From: Gemmatimonadaceae bacterium
GTDB lineage: Bacteria > Gemmatimonadota > Gemmatimonadetes > Gemmatimonadales > Gemmatimonadaceae
Direction: 5' to 3'
Length of the DNA: 49,636 nucleotides
Assembly: GCA_043758185.1 (NCBI GenBank)
Contig: JAYVNZ010000006.1
Coordinates: 1-49,636, forward strand
Shown here: in pieces, positions 1-8,077 of the stretch
Position numbering within the stretch: position 1 is the first letter of the stretch
How the letters are laid out: every line of letters starts with the position of its first letter
Notes under the pieces: model-generated
Told to the model about the DNA's origin: nothing
What the model saw: only the letters and a program-made list of their open reading frames with translations
The model's database searches: none
Program-made: the position numbers and the translations under genes

Positions 1-876
1 GCCCTGTTCCTCGTGAGCCCTGTGTGCGCCAGCTACTGCCGGTTCTGCACGCGGCGCCGCAAGGTGGGCGATCCGGAGAAGATCTCGCTCAAGGAGTACG
101 AGTCTGCGTTCCAGTACCTGGCCGAGCACACCGAAATCCGGGACGTCATCCTGTCCGGCGGCGACCCGATGATGCTGAGCGACCAGCGGCTGGAGTACAT
201 CTTCCAGCGCCTCCGCGCCATTCCGCACATCGAGATCATCCGCATCGGCAGTCGCATCACGTCCCACCTTCCGGAGCGGGTGACCCCGGAGTTCTGCGAG
301 ATGGTGCAGAAGTACCACCCCATCTACATGAACACGCACTTCAACCACCCCAGCGAACTCACCCCAGCGGCCGTGGCGGCTCTGGACCGGCTGAGCCGGG
401 CGGGCATCTCGCTCGGATGCCAGACCGTGTTGCTGAAGGGAGTCAACGACGACCCGCACGTGATGATGAAGCTGATGCACGAGTTGCTCAAGGCTCGCGT
501 GCGACCGTATTACATCTATATGGCCGACCAGGTCGCCGGCGGGGAGCACTTCCGCACCACGGTCCAGAAAGGCCTCGAGATCATCCAGGCGTTGCGTGGA
601 TGGACGTCCGGCCTGGCCGTGCCGCAGTTCGTCATCGACGCGCCGGGCGGTGGGGGCAAGGTGCCACTGCTTCCCGAATACGTGGAAGAGATCAACGACG
701 ACGAAGTCGTGTTCCGCAACTACGAAGGCAAGCGGTTCACCTACAAGCAGCCCCGGCAGCCAATACCGGAGGTCATGCCTGGTATCGCGGCCACGCATGA
801 CGTGGTGCCCATCGAGGCCGGGAAGGCGGCCAAGAAGAAGCGCGTCGCTCGCAACAGGAAAAGCGCCAACGGGTGA
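1..876 (+). CDS. KamA-family radical SAM aminomutase (lysine 2,3-aminomutase-like), 5' end outside the window
   Basis: Frame 1 is open from base 1. The radical-SAM cluster motif CASYCRFCTRR (CxxxCxxC) lies at the very start, followed by SGGDP and a KamA-type C-terminal region. Stop is TGA at 874-876. The track start at 13 is only the first in-window start codon. Confidence 0.85.
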   Translation, partial: ALFLVSPVCASYCRFCTRRRKVGDPEKISLKEYESAFQYLAEHTEIRDVILSGGDPMMLSDQRLEYIFQRLRAIPHIEIIRIGSRITSHLPERVTPEFCEMVQKYHPIYMNTHFNHPSELTPAAVAALDRLSRAGISLGCQTVLLKGVNDDPHVMMKLMHELLKARVRPYYIYMADQVAGGEHFRTTVQKGLEIIQALRGWTSGLAVPQFVIDAPGGGGKVPLLPEYVEEINDDEVVFRNYEGKRFTYKQPRQPIPEVMPGIAATHDVVPIEAGKAAKKKRVARNRKSANG

Positions 877-888
877 TGCCGCCTCACG

Positions 889-1734
889 TCAGCGTTCCGC
901 CAGCCGACGCTCCACCTCGCCCAGCGCCTCGGCAGTAATGGGATAGGTGTGCTCGGCAGCGGGATACCGACCGGCACGCACGTCCTCCGCCCAGTGCGCC
1001 ACTGCGCCGCCGAGATCCGTGCGCGCTGAGGCATACTGGCGGACAAAGCGCGCCTGGCGCCCCTCGCTGAACCCGAGCAGGTCATGATAGACCAGCACCT
1101 GCCCGCCAGTCTCGCCGCCCGCCCCGATGCCGATCACCGGGATGCCGACACGCCGCGTGATGATGCCCGTCACCGCAGCCGGCACCGCCTCCACGATGAG
1201 CGCTCGACAACCCGCAGCGGCCAGGTCGTCGGCATCCGACACGATGCCCAACGCCTGCTCCGGGTCGCGGCCGCGCGCGCGATAGCCTTCGCGCGTGCGC
1301 ACGGACTGGGGCAGCAATCCAACATGCCCGAACACCGGGACGCCTGCCGCAATGATGGCGCGCACACGGGGAATCATGTCGCCGCCTCCCTCCAGCTTCA
1401 CCGCATCACAGCCGGCTTCACGTACGAAACGCAGTGCCGAGCCCACCGCGAGGGAGTCACTCTCCTCGTAGCTGCCGTAGGGCAGGTCGCCGATCACCGG
1501 AATGCCCGTCACCGCGCGCCGCACCGCGCGCGTGAGCATGAGCAATTCCTCAATGGTGATCTCGCGCGTTGACGCATGCCCCAGCACCGTCATCGCCGCC
1601 GAGTCACCTACGAGGATGACGTCCACGCCGCCGGCCATGGCGATGCGCGCCGACGGATAGTCGTATGCGGTGAGCATCACGATCGGTTGCGTGCGCGCGT
1701 AGAGGGCATCCAGCTGATCGAGCACTTCACTCAT
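889..1734 (-). CDS. panB: 3-methyl-2-oxobutanoate hydroxymethyltransferase (ketopantoate hydroxymethyltransferase)
   Basis: 281 aa. The N-terminus has MLTAYDYPSARI...VDVILVGDSAAMTVLGH, typical of PanB. The ATG at 1734 overlaps the panC stop (ATGA). Confidence 0.95.
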   Translation of the reverse strand: MSEVLDQLDALYARTQPIVMLTAYDYPSARIAMAGGVDVILVGDSAAMTVLGHASTREITIEELLMLTRAVRRAVTGIPVIGDLPYGSYEESDSLAVGSALRFVREAGCDAVKLEGGGDMIPRVRAIIAAGVPVFGHVGLLPQSVRTREGYRARGRDPEQALGIVSDADDLAAAGCRALIVEAVPAAVTGIITRRVGIPVIGIGAGGETGGQVLVYHDLLGFSEGRQARFVRQYASARTDLGGAVAHWAEDVRAGRYPAAEHTYPITAEALGEVERRLAER

Positions 1735-2588
1735 GGTACGTCCCCGCCGTTGATCAGCACGTTGTCGATCAGTCGCACGCCGCCCACGCGTGCCGCGATC
1801 GCAACGAGCGTGGTGTTCGTGAACGATGTCACCGGCAGGAGTGTCGCCGCGTCCACAGCGGCAAAATATTCCGGCGCAATCCCGGCCGCGGCGAGGATGC
1901 TCGATCCGGCGCGGAGGGCCGCATCGGCGCTCGTGCCATCACTCGCGGCTGCGCGCTCCACCGCAAAGAGTGCCTCCGAGAGCGTGGCTGCCTGACGTCG
2001 CGCCCCGGGATCGAGCAAGGCATTGCGGCTGGACATCGCGAGGCCGTCCGACTCCCGCACCGTGGGGCGGATCTCGATGCGCACGGGCATGTCCAGGTCA
2101 CGCACGAGACGCTGGATGATCAATGCCTGCTGCGCATCCTTCTGCCCGAAGAACGCCACATCGGGTTGCACCATGTTGAGCAGCTTGGTGACCACGGTGG
2201 CCACGCCGCGAAAATGCTGTGTGCCGCGCGCCACACCCTCGAGCGGAGCGGACAGGCCAGCCACCTCCACGGTCGTCGCAAAACCATCGGGATATACCTC
2301 GTCCACCGGCGGCGCAAACAGCACCTGCACATCGACGGACTCCAGCAGCTGCGCGTCCCGACGTTCGTCCCGTGGATACCGCTCCAGGTCCGCGGACTCC
2401 GTGAATTGCGCGGGATTCACGAACAGGGATGCAACCACGCATTCGCATTCTTCGCGCGCATGCCGCATCAATGCAAGGTGCCCGTCGTGCAGCGCGCCCA
2501 TGGTCGGCACGAGCGCAATTTGCTCGCCCCGTTCCCTGGCGGCGTGGACCAGCTCACGGAGCGCGCCCACCCGCCGTACGGTGATCAC
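1731..2588 (-). CDS. panC: pantoate--beta-alanine ligase
   Basis: Contains the PanC HIGH-type signature ALVPTMGALHDGHLALM. I place the start at GTG 2588, which overlaps the upstream stop as GTGA. The track start at 2648 would run into the upstream gene. Confidence 0.9.
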   Translation of the reverse strand: MITVRRVGALRELVHAARERGEQIALVPTMGALHDGHLALMRHAREECECVVASLFVNPAQFTESADLERYPRDERRDAQLLESVDVQVLFAPPVDEVYPDGFATTVEVAGLSAPLEGVARGTQHFRGVATVVTKLLNMVQPDVAFFGQKDAQQALIIQRLVRDLDMPVRIEIRPTVRESDGLAMSSRNALLDPGARRQAATLSEALFAVERAAASDGTSADAALRAGSSILAAAGIAPEYFAAVDAATLLPVTSFTNTTLVAIAARVGGVRLIDNVLINGGDVP

Positions 2589-3358
2589 GACGTCACCCCT
2601 CGTGGGCCAACGGCAAGCGACCGCGTTTCGGCAACGAGACAATCCCACAGCGCCACCATGTCGGGTGCGGCAGCAGCCACGGCCGCGCGTTGGCGATCCA
2701 CCGTTTCCTCGTCACGCCGCGCAATCGGGCCCGTGAGCGCATCGCGGCCGCCGAGGGCTGCCCAATGCTCGACTGTTGCGCGCACGAGCGGCACGAGCGC
2801 CGCGCGATCAAGGCCGACCTGTGCCGCGAGACGTTCTGCGCTGGCCTCCAGGGTGACCAGATAATTGGACGCCATCGTGGCGGCCGCGTGATAAAGTGCC
2901 CGCTGACCCGCGGCGATGACTTTCGGGATCATCTCCAGGCGCGCGGCAAGGGCGAAGGCAACACCGGTCGCCCTGTCGGTGCTGCCCTCGATGACGCAGG
3001 TCGCGCCCGAAAAGCGGGCACCGGCACCAACCACGCTGAGCAGCGGATGCATGGCAAACCGCTCGTGCGGGGCGAGCAGCGCGAGGTCGGCAGAGGCGCT
3101 CACATGTCCAATGAGCGCACCGGCGGCGATGGCTGCGCTGGCCCTCGCAATCTCTCGGTCCGGCACGCAGAGCATCACAACGGCCGCGCCGGCTGCATCC
3201 GCGCCCCGGGCCAACGGCCCCCGCACGGCGACGCCAGCGGCACGCAACGCCGAGCACAGTGCCCTGCCCATCCGTCCATCACCGACAATGTCACACCAGC
3301 CAGGCGGCAGGTCGCCCACGGGTGTCGTCGCACCGCCGTCGTCTGGCAGTATCATCAT
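2585..3358 (-). CDS. Rossmann-fold NAD(P)-binding protein with DUF2520-type C-terminal domain (putative oxidoreductase)
   Basis: Has a dinucleotide-binding N-terminus (IVGDGRMGRALCSAL..VMLCVPD). The C-terminal block is ...ALYHAAATMASNYLVTL...LTGPIARRD. Start chosen at the ATG pair 3358/3355; the track start at 3415 adds an implausible leader. Confidence 0.75.
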   Translation of the reverse strand: MMILPDDGGATTPVGDLPPGWCDIVGDGRMGRALCSALRAAGVAVRGPLARGADAAGAAVVMLCVPDREIARASAAIAAGALIGHVSASADLALLAPHERFAMHPLLSVVGAGARFSGATCVIEGSTDRATGVAFALAARLEMIPKVIAAGQRALYHAAATMASNYLVTLEASAERLAAQVGLDRAALVPLVRATVEHWAALGGRDALTGPIARRDEETVDRQRAAVAAAAPDMVALWDCLVAETRSLAVGPRGVTS

Positions 3359-3453
3359 CGAGCCGATTGACTGGGGTGAGCACACCGTCGCGTAAGCCGA
3401 AATGTAGCGGTACACGGGTGCGGTCGCCCCACCATGCGGCGATCGGCAGTGCC

Positions 3454-5562
3454 TCAGTGCGTGCCCACCTCCGACTGCGTGCGTGCAGCCTCGGCAACCA
3501 CGCGCTGTGCCGCTTCAGTCGGCATTTCTTCATACCCGCGGAAGTGGCGGTGAAAGCTCGCACGACCATGCGTCATCGATTGCAGCGCACTGGCATAGAG
3601 GTGCAATTCGGATTGCGGCACAACGGCGCGCACACGCGTCCCCTGGACGTCGTCCTGCGCCTCGGTTCCAAGGATGTGGCCTCGTCGCGCGGACAGGTCA
3701 CCGAGCACATCGCCCAGCGAGGATTCTGGTGTGAGGATCTCCACTTCATCCAGCGGTTCCAGCAGCACGGGCTTGCACCGCGGCGCCACCGACTTGAACG
3801 CCTGGATACCAGCCATCTTGAACGACATCTCGTTCGAATCCACGGTGTGGTACGAGCCGTCGAACAGCTCCACCCGGAAGTCCACGAGGGGAAATCCCGC
3901 GAGCACGCCACGCTCCGCCGCCTCGTTGATGCCGCGCTCCACTGCGGGAATGAACTTGCTCGGAATCGCACCGCCCACGATGCGATCGTCAAACTGGATG
4001 CCGTCGCCACGCGGCGTGGGCATGATCCGCACCCAGCAGTCACCGAACTGTCCGCGCCCGCCCGACTGCTTCTTGTGCTTGCCCTGTCCTTCCGCGCGCA
4101 TCCGGATCGTTTCGCGATACGCGATGCGAGGCTTGGACAACTCGGCCGTCACGCCGAATTTGCGCTTCAACTTTGCCAGCGCCACCTCGAGATGCCGCTC
4201 GCCCATCCCGGACACCAGCGTCTCATGTGTCTCCGCGTTCCAGTGCGTCTCGAACGTGGGATCCTCATCGTGCAGCCGGTGCAGCCCGAGCTGCAACTTT
4301 TCCTCCTCCGTACGATTGACCGGATGGATCGCGAGTTCCACGAGTGGTTCTGGAAAGGCAATCTGTGGCAGGCGTACGGGATGTGCGCGCGTGGACAGCG
4401 TGTCGTTCGTGTGGGTATTCCGCAGCTTTGCCACGCAGCCGATGTCGCCGGCGTGCAATCGTGCCACCTCGAGGCGGTCGCGCCCCTGTGTCACGGCCAG
4501 GTGATTGAGCTTCTCCGGGGCGTCACGCGTGACGTTGTACAGCTCGTCGCCGCTCCTCACGGAACCGGACAGCACGCGAAAGAGGCTCACGTCTCCCACG
4601 TGCGGCTCACTCTGCGTCTTGAAGACGAGTGCGGAAAACGGCGCATCGTCATTCGCGTGGATCTCCACCGTGCGGTCTCCCTCGGCGCCGGTGAAAGCGT
4701 GCAATTCCTCCATCTCCCAGGCGTTGGGCATCAGCTCGACGATGGTTGTCAGCACAGCCCGGGTGCCATAGTTGAGCGTTGACGATGCGCAGAAGAGCGG
4801 AAACAGGTCGCCTCGCTTCATCGCGTCCTTCATGGCTGCGATCGCCTCGTCGCGAGAGATCTCTTCGCCGTTGAGGTACCGCTCGAGCAGCGTGTCATCG
4901 GTGGCGGCAATGGTCTCGATCAGCTCCGCGTAGTAGCGGTCGAACTGGGGCTGCACCTCGGGCGGCACGTCAGTCTCCTCGTACGCGCCGCTCCGGGCTC
5001 CTCGTGCATAGACGTGCGCCTTCCTGTCGAACAGGTTCACCACCCCGTGGAAGTCCGCGCCCTCTCCCACGGGGACCTCCACCGGAATGACCTTCGGCGT
5101 AAGCCGCTGGCGAATCTGCTGGTAGATCGCGTCGAAGTCGGCGTGCTCCTTGTCCATCATGGTGACGATGAACATCACCGGATGCCGACGCGCCACTGCC
5201 TCGCGGAACATGCGCTCCGTTCCCACCTCCACGCCGGACGTTGCCCCAATCACGCAGAGCGCGCCGTCGGCAGCCGCGAGCCCCGCCAGCGCATCGCCCT
5301 GAAAGTCCAGGAACCCCGGCGTATCGAGGAGGTTGATCTTGTTCTCCATCCACTCGGCGTATGCGCAGCCAAGGTTTATGGAGTAGGCGCGCTCCAGCTC
5401 CTCGGGCGCCGTGTCGGTGAGCGCGGTGCCATCGGCAACGCTGCCATGCCGCTTACTCGTGCCGGACACGAAGGCCAGCGCATCGACCAGGCTGGTCTTG
5501 CCGCTGCCTCCGTGTCCAACCACCGCGATGTTGCGGATTTCGGATCCCTGATACTCTCGCAT
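3454..5562 (-). CDS. elongation factor G-like GTPase paralogue (not in a str operon context)
   Basis: 703 aa from ATG 5562 (MREYQGSEIRNIAVVGHGGSGKTS...), with EF-G domains II-V recognisable throughout. The 90 codons upstream in the track ORF are Arg-rich and were rejected. Motif deviations are described in the findings. Confidence 0.9.
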   Translation of the reverse strand: MREYQGSEIRNIAVVGHGGSGKTSLVDALAFVSGTSKRHGSVADGTALTDTAPEELERAYSINLGCAYAEWMENKINLLDTPGFLDFQGDALAGLAAADGALCVIGATSGVEVGTERMFREAVARRHPVMFIVTMMDKEHADFDAIYQQIRQRLTPKVIPVEVPVGEGADFHGVVNLFDRKAHVYARGARSGAYEETDVPPEVQPQFDRYYAELIETIAATDDTLLERYLNGEEISRDEAIAAMKDAMKRGDLFPLFCASSTLNYGTRAVLTTIVELMPNAWEMEELHAFTGAEGDRTVEIHANDDAPFSALVFKTQSEPHVGDVSLFRVLSGSVRSGDELYNVTRDAPEKLNHLAVTQGRDRLEVARLHAGDIGCVAKLRNTHTNDTLSTRAHPVRLPQIAFPEPLVELAIHPVNRTEEEKLQLGLHRLHDEDPTFETHWNAETHETLVSGMGERHLEVALAKLKRKFGVTAELSKPRIAYRETIRMRAEGQGKHKKQSGGRGQFGDCWVRIMPTPRGDGIQFDDRIVGGAIPSKFIPAVERGINEAAERGVLAGFPLVDFRVELFDGSYHTVDSNEMSFKMAGIQAFKSVAPRCKPVLLEPLDEVEILTPESSLGDVLGDLSARRGHILGTEAQDDVQGTRVRAVVPQSELHLYASALQSMTHGRASFHRHFRGYEEMPTEAAQRVVAEAARTQSEVGTH

Positions 5563-5830
5563 TCGTGAACCTCGCTCTGCCAGGAGAGGATACCGATGCG
5601 TGGGAGGATGTCTGGCGTCACGCGACCCGCGTCGTCGACGGCGTGATCGTCGGTGAACACGCGCTCGTCCCCCTTTGGCCGGGGCGGCGGTCTGCGGATG
5701 AAGGACGTCGGCATGTCGGTCCCACCTTTCTTGCGGACGTGCAAAGAGATGGAGAGGGCACCGCGACGTGTCAAGCAGGCACGCCCGCTCGCGACAAATG
5801 GTGGCAGGATCCGAGCGCTCCCATCCGGGC

Positions 5831-5870
5831 ACAAAAGGGAAACGGCCCGCGCACCATGTGCGCGGGCCGT
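5831..5870 (-). terminator. rho-independent terminator downstream of the 5907-6452 gene
   Basis: Perfect 13-bp GC-rich inverted repeat ACGGCCCGCGCAC/GTGCGCGGGCCGT (5842-5870) with a 3-nt loop. On the minus strand it is followed by TTCCCTTTTGT. Confidence 0.6.
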
Positions 5871-5906
5871 CCCGGAAACCATATCTCTGACGTTGAACGG
5901 ATCGTT

Positions 5907-6452
5907 TCAGTCCCCCTCATTATCGAAGGCCAATCCATCCGCCTCGCGAAGCCGGTCCAGCAGCGACTCGAGTGGAGCGAACACCGGGGCAGCCAGGACA
6001 AATACGGGGCCGAGCGACACCGTGATGGCCCGGCGTGCCCCTTCCGGCCAGTCCGGCATGGAGAGTCCCGCCACCAGCCTGCTGATGAGCTGACCGCACT
6101 CGCCCAGCAACAGCGCGGCCGTCCCGTTCAGGATGTCAAGCGAGATTTCCAGGTCGTGCGACACAAGTTGACCCGTGCCTACGTCTCGCCACGCGGCGTC
6201 GCCGATGGCACCACGTTCCGCCCACACGCCGAGGTGGCGAATGGCGTCCAGATTATCGTGCCCTTCACCCGTACGGTGCGACTCGACCGCCGCCGCAAGC
6301 GCCAGCGCGAGCGACTCGGCGTTCGGCACGCCGTACAGGGTCACGATATCACGCACCGGTCGCTCTGACGAGGTCGACGACGGCAACGTGTTCACATGCG
6401 CGAGCACCGGTGAATGATCGGGGCTCTCCTCGAGCATCACGAGGACATCCAT
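5907..6452 (-). CDS. hypothetical acidic protein (181 aa), no family recognised
   Basis: ATG at 6452 is preceded by a G-run (GGGGGGG) 3 nt upstream. Third codon positions are strongly G/C-biased by hand inspection and the amino-acid composition is balanced. The competing plus-strand ORF 5565-6368 is Arg-rich. Confidence 0.6.
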   Translation of the reverse strand: MDVLVMLEESPDHSPVLAHVNTLPSSTSSERPVRDIVTLYGVPNAESLALALAAAVESHRTGEGHDNLDAIRHLGVWAERGAIGDAAWRDVGTGQLVSHDLEISLDILNGTAALLLGECGQLISRLVAGLSMPDWPEGARRAITVSLGPVFVLAAPVFAPLESLLDRLREADGLAFDNEGD

Positions 6453-6631
6453 ACCCCCCCCTGAAAAAGTCCTGCGTCAACGTACGTCCATCTCCACGAC
6501 GACCATGAGGATCCTGATGTTTCACCGGCATGAGCCGCATCAGGATCGATCACGATGGATCCACCAACATTCCGCTCCGAGCGTCACGACTGCGCGACGC
6601 CCAGGTCCCGGCTGTGGAACGATGCGAACGT

Positions 6632-7144
6632 CTAGTCCGCGAGCTCGGGCGAGGCGGTCACGGTGGGCAAAAGGGCATATCGCATACCTGCCGCGATGGC
6701 CAATGCCCCTCCTCCGTAAAGCACCCGCAGTTCGCCCAGTGTGAGAAGTGCGGCGAGGCCGCCTGGGCTCCGGGCAACGATGTGGACGTGCGCGAGGTAG
6801 CCGAGCAGCATGACCGCGCCTGTCGCCACCGTGCGAAAAATGGTTCGACGTGTCGATGAGAGTTCAGCGATGGCGAACCCCGCCAGCGCGCTCAGTGCAA
6901 GCACCACCGCACACCCCACCACCGTCACATCGAACTGAAATCCCCAGACATCATCTGCACGGGCCCCGAGAACGACATGCGCGGCGGCGTTCAGGGCGCG
7001 CCATGCCGTGCCGGATCGCCGTCCAATTCCAAGCAGGATGCCGAGCGAGGAGGCGGCTCCAAGCCCGGTGGCTCCCAGAACCATGGGGAGCCGGCGCTGC
7101 GGCAAGGGTCGCGAGAGAGCACTGAGCAGCGGATTATCGGTCAC
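6632..7144 (-). CDS. hypothetical integral membrane protein (about 4 TM segments)
   Basis: Has hydrophobic stretches (LGATGLGAASSLGILLGI, VVGCAVVLALSALAGFAI, GAVMLLGYLAHV, GGGALAIAAGM). The track start is GTG 7144; an internal ATG (Met21) is an alternative. Confidence 0.55.
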   Translation of the reverse strand: MTDNPLLSALSRPLPQRRLPMVLGATGLGAASSLGILLGIGRRSGTAWRALNAAAHVVLGARADDVWGFQFDVTVVGCAVVLALSALAGFAIAELSSTRRTIFRTVATGAVMLLGYLAHVHIVARSPGGLAALLTLGELRVLYGGGALAIAAGMRYALLPTVTASPELAD

Positions 7145-7192
7145 GCGCGCAATGAGTGACGCCGGCAGCCGAAATGGAAGGGGCTCAATGCA

Positions 7193-7221
7193 AACGCGCC
7201 CGCCATGAAGGCGGGCGCGTT
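7193..7221 (-). terminator. hairpin downstream of the lipoprotein gene (candidate intrinsic terminator)
   Basis: 12-bp perfect stem AACGCGCCCGCC/GGCGGGCGCGTT with a 5-nt loop, 28 nt after the stop at 7249. Only a weak T-tract (TTTGCATTG) follows on the minus strand. Confidence 0.5.
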
Positions 7222-7248
7222 GGCAAGGAGGAGAAACGACTGCGGCTG

Positions 7249-7917
7249 CTAGAGGGGCGCCGGATAACAGCCGCTCTCGACGGCCGGATCGCAGGAGCGG
7301 CCCGAGGACGCGATGAAGCCCGTGAAGTGCTTGATCCGGCGCATTGCGATGCCGCTGTTCGCGTCGACGTACGTGCGGAGCGTTGCATCACCAGCGGCGT
7401 CATTCACGCCGCTCGCGCCAATCGCAGGCGTCCACAGAATCGAGTACTTCGACAAGTCCGTGGCGCCGATAGCGCTCGGCGTATACATGTAGATGTACAC
7501 CCACTCCCTGGAGTCACTCGACGGAACGAACCGCAGCGAAGGGGAAAAATCCACCCACGTGCCCAGCTTCGCCGTGCGAATCGTCGCATGAATCCGCAGC
7601 GCGCCCTTCAACGCAACGCAGGGTGCGTCCCATGTGCCCGGACCATAACTGCTTACCGAGGGATCGCAAATGCTGCGCGCCGGAAAGACAACCGCGTGGT
7701 TGCCAAGAAGGAACACGCCGCCGTTGGGTGTGACGGTGAAATCGACGTCGTCTGCGTCCAGGCCGCCCTTGCTGAGCTGCGGGGCGACGGCCGGTGCGAG
7801 CGCCATGGACGCTGGAGCCGATGAGCTACCCAGCGGAGCCGAAACGGTTTCCTGGCAACCCGCAGCAGCCATCATCGTGACCAGCGTGCTCACGGTCTTC
7901 CAATTGAAACTACGCAT
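7249..7917 (-). CDS. hypothetical lipoprotein (222 aa)
   Basis: The N-terminus MRSFNWKTVSTLVTMMAAAGC fits a signal peptide plus lipobox Cys. The mature part looks beta-rich and matches no family I recognise. Confidence 0.65.
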   Translation of the reverse strand: MRSFNWKTVSTLVTMMAAAGCQETVSAPLGSSSAPASMALAPAVAPQLSKGGLDADDVDFTVTPNGGVFLLGNHAVVFPARSICDPSVSSYGPGTWDAPCVALKGALRIHATIRTAKLGTWVDFSPSLRFVPSSDSREWVYIYMYTPSAIGATDLSKYSILWTPAIGASGVNDAAGDATLRTYVDANSGIAMRRIKHFTGFIASSGRSCDPAVESGCYPAPL

Positions 7918-8042
7918 CGAATTTTTACGGGACGAGGCAGGTGCAGGTACGCTGATCGCCTACATCGGAGGCCAGCCGCAAACCATACAGGAGTCGTTGG
8001 CGGACGCACATCTGCCGCCCCGCGTGTCCCGCTGGTAGGTGG

Positions 8043-8070
8043 AGTATAGCTGTTAAATCCAATCGGTCAA
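8043..8070 (-). promoter_or_regulatory. near-consensus sigma70-type promoter for the lipoprotein gene
   Basis: The minus strand reads TTGACC (8070-8065), a 16-nt spacer, then TATACT (8048-8043). It lies in a locally AT-rich patch just after the STAND gene stop, leaving a 5' UTR of about 120 nt. Confidence 0.45.
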
Positions 8071-8077
8071 TAGGGGA

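Noticed and set aside
5563-5832. N-terminal extension of the EF-G ORF (track start 5832) and the similar extension of panC (2589-2648)
   Set aside because: The extensions are Arg-rich and lack homology to the family N-termini. The internal starts (ATG 5562, GTG 2588) give canonical N-termini, and for panC the internal start gives a 4-nt coupling overlap.
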